This document shows, in pieces, positions 24,197 to 36,661 of a stretch of 64,000 nt of DNA (position 1 is its first letter; every line of letters begins with the position of its first letter). The DNA is taken from NCBI RefSeq assembly GCF_006345805.1, contig NC_043005.1:106640001-106704000 (forward strand), written 5' to 3'. This DNA is from Octopus sinensis (Eukaryota). The notes beneath the pieces were generated by a model. It was not told where the DNA came from. It did not search any database and worked only from the letters and a program-made list of their open reading frames with translations. Made by a program: the position numbers and the translations under genes.

Positions 24197-26542
24197 AGCC
24201 CAAATATGAAGCCCACAATAGCTGTGTAGCCCAACTATGAAGCCCACAATAGCTGTGTAGCCCAAATAAGAAGCCCACAATAGCTGTGTAGCCCAAAGAT
24301 GAAGCCCACAATAGCTGTGTAGCCCAAATATGAAGCCCACAATAGCTGTGTAGCCCAAATATGAAGCCTACAATAGCTGTGTAGCCCAAATATGAAGCCC
24401 ACAATAGCTGTGTAGCCCAAATATGAAGCCCACAATAGCTGTGTAGCCCAAATATGAAGCCCACAATAGCTGTGTAGCCCAAATATGAAGCCCACAATAG
24501 CTGTGCAGCCCAAATATGAAGCCACAATAGCTGTGTAGCCCAAATATGAAGCCCACAATAGCTGTGTAGCCCAAATATGAAGCCCACAATAGCTGTGTAG
24601 CCCAAATAAGAAGCCCACAATAGCTGTGTAGCCCAAATATGAAGCCCACAATAGCTGTGTAGCCCAAATAAGAAGCCCACAATAGCTGTGTAGCCCAAAT
24701 ATGAAGCCCACAATAGCTGTGTAGCCCAAATATGAAGCCCACAATAGCTGTGTAGCCCAAATATGAATCCCACAATAGCTGTGTAGCCCAAATATGAAAC
24801 CCACAATAGCTGTGTAGCCCAAATATGAAGCCCACAATAGCTATGTAGCCCAAATATGAAGCCCACAATAGCTGTGTAGCCCAAATAAGAAGCCCACAAT
24901 AGCTGTGTAGCCCAAATATGAAGCCCACAATAGCTGTGTAGCCCAAATATGAAGCCCACAATAGCTGTGTAGCCCAAATATGAAGCCCACAATAGCTGTG
25001 TAGCCCAAATATGAAGCCGACAATAGCTGGTAGCCCAAATATGAAGCCCACAATAGCTGTGTATCCCAAATAAGAAGCCCACAATAGCTGTGTAGCCCAA
25101 ATATTAAGCCCACAATAGCTGTGTAGCCCAAATATGAAGCCCACAATAGCTGTGTAGCCCAAATATGAAGCCCACAATAGCTGTGTAGCCCAAATATGAA
25201 GCCCACAATAGCTGTGTAGCCCAAATATGAAGCCCACAATAGCTGTGTAGCCCAAATATGAAGCCCACAATAGCTGTGTAGCCCAAATATGAAGCCCACA
25301 ATAGCTGTGTAGCCCAAATATGAAGCCCACAATAGCTGTGTAGCCCAATATGAAGCCCACAATAGCTGTGTAGCCCAAATATGAAGCCCACAATAGCTGT
25401 GTAGCCCAAATATGAAGCCCACAAAAGCTGTGTAGCCCAAATATGAAGCCCACAATAGCTGTGTAGCCCAAATATGAAGCCCACAATAGCTGTGTAGCCG
25501 AAATATGATGCCCACAATAGCTGTGTAGCCCAATATGAAGCCCACAATAGCTGTGTAGCCCAAATATGAAGCCCACAATAGCTGTGTAGCCCAAATATGA
25601 ACCCACAATAGCTGTGTAGCCCAAATATGATGCCCACAATAGCTGTGTAGCCCAAATAAGAAGCCCACAATAGCTGTGTAGCCCAAATATGAAGCCCACA
25701 ATAGCTGTGTAGCCCAAATATGAAGCCCACAATAGCTGTGTAGCCCAAATATGAAGTCCACAATAGCTGTGTAGCCCAAATATGAAGCCCACAATAGCTG
25801 TGTAGCCCAAATATGAAGCCCACAATATCTGTGTAGCCCAAATATGAAGCCCACAATAGCTGTGTAGCCCAAATATGAAGCCCACAATAGCTGTGTAGCC
25901 CAAATATGAAGCCCACAATAGCTGTGTAGCCCAAATAAGAAGCCCACAATAGCTGTGTAGCCGAAATATGAAGCCCACAATAGCTGTGTAGCCCAAATAT
26001 GAAGCCCACAATAGCTGTGTAGCCCAAATATGAAGCCCACAATAGCTGTGTAGCCCAAATATGAAGCCCACAATAGCTGTGTAGCCCAAATAAGAAGCCC
26101 ACAATAGCTGTGTAGCCCAAATATGAAGCCCACAATAGCTGTGTAGCCCAAATATGAAGCCCACAATAGCTGTGTAGCCCAAATATGAAGCCCACAATAG
26201 CTGTGTAGCCCAAATATGAAGCCGACAATAGCTGGGTAGCCCAAATATGAAGCCCACAATAGCTGTGTAGCCCAAATAAGAAGCCCACAATAGCTGTGTA
26301 GCCCAAATATGAAGCCCACAATAGCTGTGTAGCGCAAATATGAAGCCCACAATAGCTGTGTAGCCCAAATATGAAGCCCACAATAGCTGTGTAGCCCAAA
26401 TATGAAGCCCACAATAGCTGTGTAGCCCAAATATGAAGCCCACAATAGCTGTGTAGCCCAAATATGAAGCCCACAATAACTGTGTAGCCCAAATATGAAG
26501 CCCACAATAGCTGTGTAGCCCAAATATGAAGCCCACAATAGC
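24189..26542. repeat. 31-bp tandem satellite, about 76 units (GCTGTGTAGCCCAAATATGAAGCCCACAATA)
   Basis: Directly visible; the 31-aa periodic ORFs equal three 31-nt units. Confidence 0.98.
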
Positions 26543-26602
26543 GGGTTCACTTCTGTTTGTCTATGCCAATTATTTTTGTTTAATCATATGTTCGTTCGTT
26601 CG

Positions 26603-26633
<31 letters not shown>

Positions 26634-26671
26634 GCCTCCTCCTCTTCCTTTTTGAATCTATCTATCTATCC

Positions 26672-27789
26672 ATAGATCAAAAAGAGGCCGAAGAAGGGCG
26701 AATGGCACCGCGAGTGTCGCGTTGCTCTCGAGCAACTCTGCCGTCTCGGGTCGACCTTGAGTGACTTCAACACAACCAAAGCATTCTATAGGGGATTAGT
26801 GGAGGGGAGGTACGACGACGAGCTCGGGGCAAACCTGGGCGTCGACGAGGAATACCTGACCCGCCTGTTTCAAACGACTTTCGGCCCGGGACCTATGCAC
26901 AACTTCCAGAGATCCCTGGCCTGGCGGTGCTACCGAGAAGCGCTACCCGTTCGGGAGAAGCTCTATAGGCATGGCTCGAGAAACACGGGGCCGACCTGCC
27001 CGAGATGCGGGCAGAGCGACGAAACCGCTCTGCACACAATCGTGCAGTGTCCAGCAATTTCCCACCTGTGGGCTTATGTCGAACGACTGCTGTCACGTGT
27101 GGGACGTGTCGGTTTATCAGCCGAGTCTATCGTTAATATCGTCACGCCTCCTTCCTTCAAACGGGAAGGAAGAGCTATTTTTATCATACTTGTGGCTATG
27201 GCGAAAGAATGTATCTGGTGGACGCGTCTGAAAGGATTAGAGACAAACACTTACCTCTCTGGTCAATCTCTCATCAACTTCTTCAAGTATCACTTGAAGA
27301 GGAAAGTGAGAGTAGAGAGGCAAGTTTTGTCTAGTGAATGTTTTAAAAAAAGATGGGTGAATGTAGCAAGGATGGCACGTATGAATGACGAAGCCACCTT
27401 GACTATGATTCTATGAACCATAAAAATTAATACAGAGAGTTGCTTATTTGCAAAAAAAAAAAAAAAAAAGAAATATAACATGTGACTTCATTGACCGAGG
27501 TTACCGTGGTCTTTTCCGTAGGCTTTTCTTTCCACGGGTAAACCTCACCTGTTCTCCCCTTTACACTTCATATTGACATTTCTGTGATAACGATCCCTAT
27601 TATTCATTTTTCATTTTTTATTTTTTATCTTTTTTTTTCTCCCCCCCCCTTTTTTAACCCCTCCCTTTTTTTTGTCCTTTTTCTTTCCTTTTACGATCCC
27701 ACTCTCCTTTTTTTTTTACCCCCAAAAGAAAATCTCTACCTTGTAATTTGTTCTATCTGTGTGCAGCCCTGTGTGGCTAATAAAGAAAC
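26672..27789 (+). mobile_element. 5'-truncated Tx1-like LINE inserted in (TATC)n
   Basis: ORF2 C-terminus, T/C-rich 3'UTR ending CCCTGTGTGGCTAATAAAGAAA; TATC repeats on both sides. Confidence 0.87.
26757..27416 (+). CDS. Tx1-like ORF2 C-terminal part with zf-RVT-type zinc-binding motif (partial; frame open from about 26676)
   Basis: LAWRCYREALPV...CPRCGQSDETALHTIVQCP...LW...AKECIWWTR. Confidence 0.85.
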   Translation: MSDFNTTKAFYRGLVEGRYDDELGANLGVDEEYLTRLFQTTFGPGPMHNFQRSLAWRCYREALPVREKLYRHGSRNTGPTCPRCGQSDETALHTIVQCPAISHLWAYVERLLSRVGRVGLSAESIVNIVTPPSFKREGRAIFIILVAMAKECIWWTRLKGLETNTYLSGQSLINFFKYHLKRKVRVERQVLSSECFKKRWVNVARMARMNDEATLTMIL

Positions 27790-27790
27790 A

Positions 27791-27838
<48 letters not shown>

Positions 27839-27853
27839 ATCTATCTATCTATC

Positions 27854-27900
<47 letters not shown>

Positions 27901-27910
27901 CATCCGTCTG

Positions 27911-27961
<51 letters not shown>

Positions 27962-28846
27962 ATTTATCTATATATTTCTTTCTCCTTCCCCCTATTTTAT
28001 TCCATCTGATAACATGATCCATCTCAGATGGCAGTGAATAATCTGTAGAGATCGTGAAGTTGTCTGTATTGTTGCTTAGTTTAAAGATTAGAATTAAAAC
28101 AAATCTTCAATAACCATTTCGAATACTGACCGAATATCTGCATCAAAGAAACAAACTTCCAAAATCCAGATCATGACTAGTAACTTCCTAACTACCAACA
28201 GTACAAAAGTGGGCGTTAACCTAGATCTTATAGTGGATTCCTTATTCTTGATGTCAATGTATTTAACAAATTGCTCGTCCATTTTGAAAAATACTTGGAT
28301 ATTGTAATTCGAATCATGCCAGAAGTATCTTCGAGATCACAATCAAATCTATAGCATAGAACATTGGTAACGTGGGGATCAGAGAAGCCATCCTCATTAT
28401 AAACTTAATCTACCCACTAAAAATAGACGAGAGCTGGTCCAAAGCATATTAGTTGTTATGCCTATACTATTCACAACTTCCCTTCACGACTTTCCTTCCC
28501 AAAACCATGCAAAAACTTCCAGCTCAAGTCTATCCAACATTTTCTCATGATAAAGTGGTTTCTAACCCGAGATATGCTGTAAATTGTAATTATTGTTTTA
28601 TCTGTCATGTATTTGTTTTGAATCCTTTATTTGAAATTTGATCCGAATTGTCTTAGCTTTTAAAGACCCGATACACATACATGCGCACGCACGCACACAC
28701 ACACACACAACACACACACACACACACACACACACAGATGTATGTGTGTAAGTAGATTTATCACCGGACACTAACTCATGTGCCTCTGACCACACCATAT
28801 AAATTCATGTTAGAGACGAAGCGTTTGGAATAAACGACACACCGCT

Positions 28847-29077
28847 TATTTCTTTATTGCCGACAAGGGGCTAAACATAGAGGGGGACAAACAATGACAG
28901 ACTAGGAGATTAAGTCGATTACATCGACCCCAGTGCGTAACTGGTACTTAATTTATCGACCCCGAAAGGATGAAAGGCAAAGTCAACCTCGGCGGAATTT
29001 GAACTCAGAACGGAACGGCAGACGAAATACTGCTAAGCATTTCGCCCGGCGTGCTAACGTTTCTGCCAGCTCGCCGC
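28847..29077 (-). mobile_element. SINE family A
   Basis: Full head, centre and tail. Confidence 0.9.
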
Positions 29078-29691
29078 TGTATTCTGTATCAAGAATACAT
29101 TATCTATTGTAAGCAAATGAGAACGAAAACAGGAAACTCGGAGTAACGACAAAATGTAATATCGGTTTAGAATTAAGAAGTATATACGTACATATCAGCA
29201 ATTTACACGATAATTATTTCACCGAAACTTGTATTAAGTTTTACACATATCTCGTGCGTGTGTTGTGTGTGCTCGTGTATCTTGCTTCCTTCATCAACAA
29301 CCCTAACACCTATATATCAAAGTGTATTGTGCAGGTGTATTACAAAGACTCAAGAAACAAAGGAGCAACAAATCGGCAAAGAAGGAATATTATAAAAAGC
29401 TACACATTCTAAATGTTCCTCAGTTTCATTAATTTTCTTTATATGCTGCTTATTTCTGTAATGGGAACAGAAATTACTTTTGACACGTAATTATTTTTTT
29501 CTCCCCCTAAACGCAAACCAGAAGAAATGAAAAATGTTTAAATAATATGAAAACTTATTGTTTAGATAAATAAGAATACAAGTACATCCATTCTACGCTC
29601 TGAAAGTAGAGGGACAAAAAAAAAAAAAACTACTATTGAGTGGGTAACAAAGCTGAATCAGTTTCTTTTCAGGATCTATGAAGAAATCATA

Positions 29692-29990
29692 TTCTTACTC
29701 TCGCCCTTTTCAAGCCTAGTCAGGCTCATGGCCCCGGTTTCCCGGTTTCTGTGGCGTATGTGTTCCTCCCAGCTGGACGGGACGCCATTCCATCACAGCG
29801 TTACTCAAGAAACAGAAAGAGAGAGTGAAAGAAAGTTGTGGAGAAAGAGTACAACAGGGGTCGCCACCACTCCCTGCCGGAGCGTCGTGGAGCTTTTAGG
29901 TGTTTTCGCTAAATAAACACACACAACGCCCGGTCTGGGAATCGAAACCGTGATCCTCCGTCCGTGAGTCCGCTGCCCTAACCACTGGGC
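29692..29990 (-). mobile_element. SINE family B with a third body type (V-domain-like GATGGAATGGCGTCCCGTCCAG)
   Basis: Head shared with the 8556 and 18715 copies; distinct 3' half. Confidence 0.8.
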
Positions 29991-30260
29991 TAGAAACAGT
30001 CTGTAAGATGACATTTGTCTTCGTTTTCTACTTTTCAATATCTTAAAAGAAAAAAGTATTTAAGTACGCTGTCATTCATTTAACCGACAAAAAAACCTTA
30101 TGATCTTTAAATTTATCAAATTTATTCGATTTACACTGTGTTGCGCATAGATATTGTGTAATTGTGGACAAGCTGTCCAATTCACAAATATAGAAATTAG
30201 ATTATCCACCACACCTCTTACACAGAACATGAATGCTTTATAAGAAGCTAACCTATAGTA

Positions 30261-31553
30261 CGAGGGACGTTCAATAAGTAATGCCTATGACCCAATTGCA
30301 TTTGTTTGATCTAGCTGAAATTTTGCATGTACAATTATCTATATCTCTATAGATTGAGTGGCAAATTACAGCTCTGAGCTAATTGTGGTTTCTGATTTAC
30401 AGGTGTTTGAACTGAGTCAAGTGTGAAATGGAGCCTGTTGAGTGTCGAGCAGTGATCCAGTTTTTGTATTTGAAAGGACGCACACCACGGGAGACTTTTG
30501 ATGAAATGAAAGTAACTTATGGTGATGATGCCCCATCATATGACCTTGTAAAACGCTGGCATCGTGAATTCAAACATGGCCGGAACTCTGTGGAAACAGC
30601 TCCTAGATCTGGTCACCCCACTTCTGCCATTGATGAGGCATCTGTCCGTCAAGTTGAGGCTGCCATTTTGGAAGATCGATGCATAACTAGTCGCCAAATA
30701 GCCCATGAGGTCAAGATTAGTACCGGTTCTGTGGAAACTATCATTCATGACCATTTGCATATGCAAAATGTGTCTGCCAGATGGATTCCCAGGTTGCTCA
30801 CACCTTTCCAGAAGCAAGAACGCGTCGAGTGCTCGAGGATGAATTTGGAGATGTGCCAAGAAGATGAGTCAAAATTTTTCAAAAGACTGATTACACAGGA
30901 TGAAACCTGGGTCCATCACTATGATTCAGAGACCAAAGCCCAGTCAATGCAGTGGAAGCACCGTGACTCACCTCCTCCAAAGAAGGCAAGGATGCAGCCC
31001 TCCGCTGGCAAGGTCATGCTCACAGTCTTCTGGGACCAGGACGGAGTAGTGATGACAGATTTCCTGGCAAAGGGTGCCACAATTACAGGAGCCTATTATG
31101 CTTCACTTTTGAGGAAATTAAGAGAAGCTATCAAAATCAAGAGGTGGGGCAAGATCAGAAAAGGCATCCTCCTCCTGCAGGACAACGCTCCGGTCCACAA
31201 CTCGCGTGTCGCCAGATCAGAAGCACAGGCGTGCTGCTATGAACTCCTCCCCCATCCCCCCTACGCTCCTGACCTTGCACCCTCTGATTTTCACCTCTTC
31301 CCAGCCATGAGGTTGTTTTTGAAAGGAAAGCATTTCACAGATGATGCAGCCTTGATTTCTAAAGTCACGTCGTGGTTGGAGGACCAAGCTGGGGTCTTCT
31401 ACAAAAACGGTCTCCAGCGCTGCATCAAATGATGGGAGAAATGCGTAACTCTGGGTGGTTCCTATGCAGAAAAAGACCAATAACTGTGCCAAGTTTCGTT
31501 GCTCTACTGCTATGGGAAGTGGGTCAGGGGCATTACTTATTGAACGCCCCTCG
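30261..31553 (+). mobile_element. Full-length mariner (DD34D, irritans-like), 1293 bp
   Basis: ~37-bp imperfect TIRs CGAGGGRCGTTCAATAAGTAATGCC..TGACCCA.TT; TA target duplication at 30259-30260 and 31554-31555. Confidence 0.96.
30428..31432 (+). CDS. Mariner transposase (334 aa; premature TGA removes about 17 C-terminal residues, ancestral stop 31481-31483)
   Basis: WIPRLL, TQDETW, LQDNA and YAPDLAPSDFHLF, with 34 residues between the second and third D; read-through gives WEKCVTLGGSYAEKDQ. Confidence 0.95.
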   Translation: MEPVECRAVIQFLYLKGRTPRETFDEMKVTYGDDAPSYDLVKRWHREFKHGRNSVETAPRSGHPTSAIDEASVRQVEAAILEDRCITSRQIAHEVKISTGSVETIIHDHLHMQNVSARWIPRLLTPFQKQERVECSRMNLEMCQEDESKFFKRLITQDETWVHHYDSETKAQSMQWKHRDSPPPKKARMQPSAGKVMLTVFWDQDGVVMTDFLAKGATITGAYYASLLRKLREAIKIKRWGKIRKGILLLQDNAPVHNSRVARSEAQACCYELLPHPPYAPDLAPSDFHLFPAMRLFLKGKHFTDDAALISKVTSWLEDQAGVFYKNGLQRCIK

Positions 31554-32089
31554 TATTCATTGTAAAAATAAGTCCAGTTCGTCCTCTCTGAAGAGTGGTC
31601 AACAAATCGTGAAGCGGTCCTTCAGGGAAGTTCCTTCTAGTTTTTCCGCACATAAATAGAATAGAAAGTAGGTGTTTACATTCCTCTTATTGAACCTATA
31701 AGGAGCCTTATTATATGAAAATACAAATGCAAACACTGAACGTGTGTGTGTGTGTGTGTGTGTGTAAGTAGGTATGCTACCAACGATTCGGTAGAAAATA
31801 CACACGATTCAATTATCCAAATACATAAAATGCTGAACATATTCATTCATTAGCTTACCAAGGAATTCTCTACAAACGGTCGCAAATTCATTCAACTGCC
31901 CAAGAACAAGAATATACTCACTACGAACAAAATGGCTAAACATGAAACATCTGATAAAGCAGCTTTAACAAATTGGCCAAACTGGAAATATCTACTTTGA
32001 TGTAAATAACAGAACCTTCAGAGGTACTCACTGAATACTTGCGCGCGTGTACATATGCATACACATACACTCATTATGATATATACAGA

Positions 32090-32340
32090 AAATAAATGCC
32101 ACATCACTCTTTAAACACATCTGGAATATTAAGGAATACGGGACGAAGACGAATATGTAATAGGAAATAATAGACTGGGCACGAGCTTACACAGGCTGTT
32201 CTAAAATCTGCTTCCTGCACATCACGGATACAACGCAATCACACAAAGAACATACTCACCAAAGAGAATTGAAATCATGACACGTTGCAGACTCCAAGCG
32301 ACATCATTTTCAAAGAAATTTTCCGAATTTCAAACAAGAA
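32090..32340 (+). pseudogene. Degraded Penelope-like GIY-YIG C-terminal fragment (Nematis/Perere-like)
   Basis: ATSLFKHIWNIKE...EIIDWARAYTGCSKICFL...EIMTRCR resembles T.LS.YIW.LK...W.I...A..Y....C.LC...CRH. Confidence 0.55.
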
Positions 32341-33386
32341 AATTTAAATGCCACCAATCGACTTGCAGTTTATTTTCATAAGATTTGAACCCCTAACAGG
32401 CCAACTCAAAATGAAATATGCAGCAAACCCGAGACGCATATATAAACAGAGAAAGGAAATATGTACCTTCGCCAAAATACCTAACTACACAAAACCATAT
32501 TTATTGATACTCCAGATAAAAGTAAGCATCGACCATATACATGTGCATATGTATGTGTGCATCGCAAAAAACGCCCAGATTTACAAATCACGCAAAATAG
32601 TCCAAAATATACAATGCAGTCTATTTTCAAACTAGGAATCTCCGTTCCACCACTCGGAATTTCATGCGTCAATCCAGGAAGTGATCGGGATAAGGAAAAT
32701 GAAAATAGCAACAGATTGTACCCTTGGTTTTCAATCGGAAGTATATATGTAATTATAAGAATTTTATACGTTATATATATAACCAAAATCTGCATTATGT
32801 GTTTCGCACATATAATATATCTATGTCCTAAGTTCAATTTTTTAGCATCTGAACACACACACAAGTACACACACACAAGCACACACACACACACACACAC
32901 ACCACACACACACACACTTATATATAGATATAAGTATATAAATACTTAAATCACCATCACTCCAAGGTCTGTTACGAGCCGGAACGATAGTCCCCGTGTC
33001 AAGATCCCATCTATGGGCTAAATTGATTTAACAGAGATAGAGCAGGCTCCAGTTATTTTTAACAATGCCGCGGACAAGGCAGCTCTCCTATGACGTAAAA
33101 CTTGCAGTCAAAGTAGTACCAGTTATCTTGCAATGCTTGTCGCTAGAACCTACCATAGTGACCGAGAGTGGTAAAAGTATTGTAAAAACTATCGTCACAT
33201 AAATTCAGTCACGTACAGATGTCTCACTATCATTCAATTTCTTTGTTCGATTTGTACTTTATAAAGTCCTATCGCTATGGATGCATGGCGCTGGTCTGAA
33301 AGTCATGCAAGGATAGAAGTAGTTCTGAACAGACTGAATGGGAGACGTCTATAGTCTGACAGGCAGCGGAAAGCATCATCATCGTC

Positions 33387-33449
<63 letters not shown>

Positions 33450-33452
33450 TAG

Positions 33453-33691
33453 TATTTTATAAGCTTAAAGCTTATAAGCGATCACCGTGCAATGACTAAA
33501 GAGTCTGCTATCATTTACAAGTGTGATACCATTTACCACACTTGTCGCGAAAACAGAGAAATGTGGGTTCGAGTAATACGCGCACGGGAAAACCTACATT
33601 TTTCCGTCGAGGGCTTATATGCCCCATTATTAGACTATTCTCTTTAGACATTGCACGGTGATCGCTTATAAGTTTTAAGTCAATAAAATAC
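33453..33691. mobile_element. Foldback/MITE-like element with ~50-bp imperfect TIRs and three internal hairpins
   Basis: CTTATAAGCGATCACCGTGCAATGACTAAAGAG and its inverse CTCTTTAGACATTGCACGGTGATCGCTTATAAG. Confidence 0.8.
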
Positions 33692-33752
33692 CATTAATAT
33701 TATTATTATTATTATATACAGAATTGTAAAAATCGACGGCGCTTACCAAAAA

Positions 33753-33812
<60 letters not shown>

Positions 33813-33945
33813 TAGAAAAAATAACACACCTTTTATCAATTCAACAATGAAAAATTAAATTATACCATTTAGAAAAATTACATATTATAGAAAGATTGAA
33901 TATAAGATAAAAGATATAACAATGATTAAGTGATGTGCAAAATAG

Positions 33946-34042
<97 letters not shown>

Positions 34043-34709
34043 CTATATATATACAGCAAATGAATTTTATGCATCAACTCTTTTAATTCTGATGTGCCGA
34101 GTTCGATACGACATGAATGAATTTTGCCTATATTATTAAATAATATAACAATAGTCATGAGATCGAATTTCAATGAAACAATTCCAGCAGGGTAATGTAA
34201 TAAAAGGACTGTTCTCTTTATCTGTAATCACACACACACACACACACACGTACGCATGTGTGTGAGTGTTTTGCAGCTGTGTATATGAGTAATATATAAC
34301 AAAACAGCAACAAACAAAGAACACAAGAAAAAGCTGAATATTTCAAATGTTTTTCAGTTTCATTACATTTCTCTGTATATATTCATTAATTACATAACAA
34401 GAACAGAAACTATTTCTACACTCTCGACAAAAGAACGTAAGCCTAGAGGTGTCAACATTTTATATAGACGATTAATGATAATAATAATAATGATAATAAT
34501 GCATATAACAACAGTACAATTACAAAATATACACATATAACTTATATCACTCAACTATGATGAATTCTCTGCTGACGTAGAACTCTGACTCGCTCTCTCT
34601 CACTTTCTGTATGTATATATATATATATAATTATTATTCATAGTTATATTTCTACATATCTACCTTTTTATCAACGTATTTCTCTATGTCTATATATGTA
34701 TATATATAT

Positions 34710-34812
<103 letters not shown>

Positions 34813-35375
34813 TATTATTATAAATATGATTATATATATTCATAGTTATATTTCTACATATCTACCTTTTTATCGACTTAATTCTCTATATCTATAAATG
34901 TAAGTATATATGTGTGTGTGTGTGTCTGTGTGTATATATCTATATTCAAGGGTTCTTTAGTTTGCTTGGAGTGTTGGAGAGTATGCAAATGAGTAAATGA
35001 TATAAATGTTTGAAAACCTTTGAGCAATGCAGTTGGAAATCCTGGCAAAATATATAAAATGATGACGATAAATGAAAAGAAAGAGATTGCATTACCGTAC
35101 ATAGGTCGCTTGATAATCATAATACTTCGGGAAAAACTGTCCTTTTCAAATAGTCGCATGGAAGTAACGTAAGAGTTTGTGTCATACGTGTTGTAAGAAA
35201 CAACTTTTATAGAATGCTATTCTATAGTTATTATTTAATATATATTATATGAGTAACAACAAGTCATGTGGTTTCTCTAGGAAAGCAATAGTAAGTATCA
35301 TCGCTTGATAAATTTATAGTCACCTACAGATTGGTATGGAAACTGCTCAAATGACTTATATTTTTCTAAACTTAC

Positions 35376-35722
35376 CTTAAAATTCAGTCAATGTCTAGTG
35401 ACTTTTTCCATCACTCCTTCACGTACCTGCACTAACTAAACATACCACACCATTCCCTGTTGCTGCTGTTGTTGTTGTTAAGCAACAAAACGAATAAGGG
35501 TGATTAGGTGATGGTCTAGGGCTTTGGGGCGCGAGACCCCAGACCTTGGAAAAAAAAACTTTGGTTGTCTTGTTGTAGTCGAGGGCTCTTCGTTAACGCC
35601 CGACACGACTGGGAGGTGGTCCTGGAAGTTGCTGGAAATGTAGATCTCCAGGTCCAAATTCTTGAACGCTGTTGCTGCTGTTGCCTTACCCCACCACTTG
35701 ATACTACAGGTACAGTTGTCAC
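35376..35722 (-). other. Candidate exon (347 nt), probably UTR or non-coding
   Basis: TTACAG|G acceptor and AAG|GTAAGT donor bounding a GC-richer unique segment. Confidence 0.4.
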
Positions 35723-35869
35723 CTGTAACTATAAATATCTAAACCCCACAATATCTTTAGTCCTGCCAATAAAATTACATTTCTCAGAAGTATTCCTTTA
35801 TTTTCTTACTTTTTATTTTCAATGAGAGAATATTTTCGAAATATTATAGGATTATGAAAGTGACTATGT

Positions 35870-36199
35870 CAGGGATCCTTAACCATTTTTTAACTATGGA
35901 CCCTTTTTATTCCTATTTTACTTGGATGAACCCCCATAGCCATTCAACTTTTTAAAAATCCTACTGTTTTTCATAGCTAAATGTTATTAGAACTTGTATA
36001 AAAATTTTAATATTTTATGTATTGTCGATGTATAACAAATTTTATTCCACATAAACTTTACTGGTCTAAAGCACGATTTTTTCATGGCCCCTGAAAATTT
36101 ACTGTGGACACCCAATTTATTTTATTGCACCCATAGACCCCCAAAAACTTTATATGGATTCCCAGGATCCATATAGACGACCACGCTTGAGAACCCCTG
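35870..36199. mobile_element. hAT (Charlie-like) non-autonomous element
   Basis: CAGGGATCCTTAAC / TTGAGAACCCCTG termini; 8-bp TSD GACTATGT / GACTATGC. Confidence 0.82.
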
Positions 36200-36661
36200 G
36201 ACTATGCAAAGGTAATACAATATCTTTTCTCCTTGCTTACATGTATCGACATCTAACAAATTTTGCCAATTTTCAATGTTTTTTCCAGCATTTATAGCAC
36301 ACACGCACATACATATCTATATGCATACGATAGGTTGTGGTTCTTGATGGCTATACTGCACGATCATACTATCAGACACTGGCCATGGCACTACGTTTTG
36401 TATGGAACTGGTGCTCGACGCTCGTCAGGTAAGCACGTTATTGATCTAAGTGTAACATGTGGCTGCTGCAGAAACTCTACGCACAAAACCTCTTGGAAAA
36501 GTAAAACATTCAAAATAAATTCAGAACTCATCTGGAAGAGCAGCTTAGTCCCCGATATGTCTGAATTCAAGAACTGAACTTTTCGGGTAATGCCCACACG
36601 TGGCCAAATATTTGTTAGGTTCTTGGTCCCCCACGAGACTACAGTTAGAACTTGCTTTCTA

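Noticed and set aside
24021-26550. Long ORFs of 200-722 aa resembling a membrane protein, and a CRISPR-like look
   Set aside because: All are translations of a 31-bp tandem unit, with indels that shift frame freely. There are no unique spacers and no cas genes, so this is not a CRISPR array.
28100-28460. Possible decayed Penelope GIY-YIG tail (IREAILI)
   Set aside because: Only one short motif; too degraded to call.
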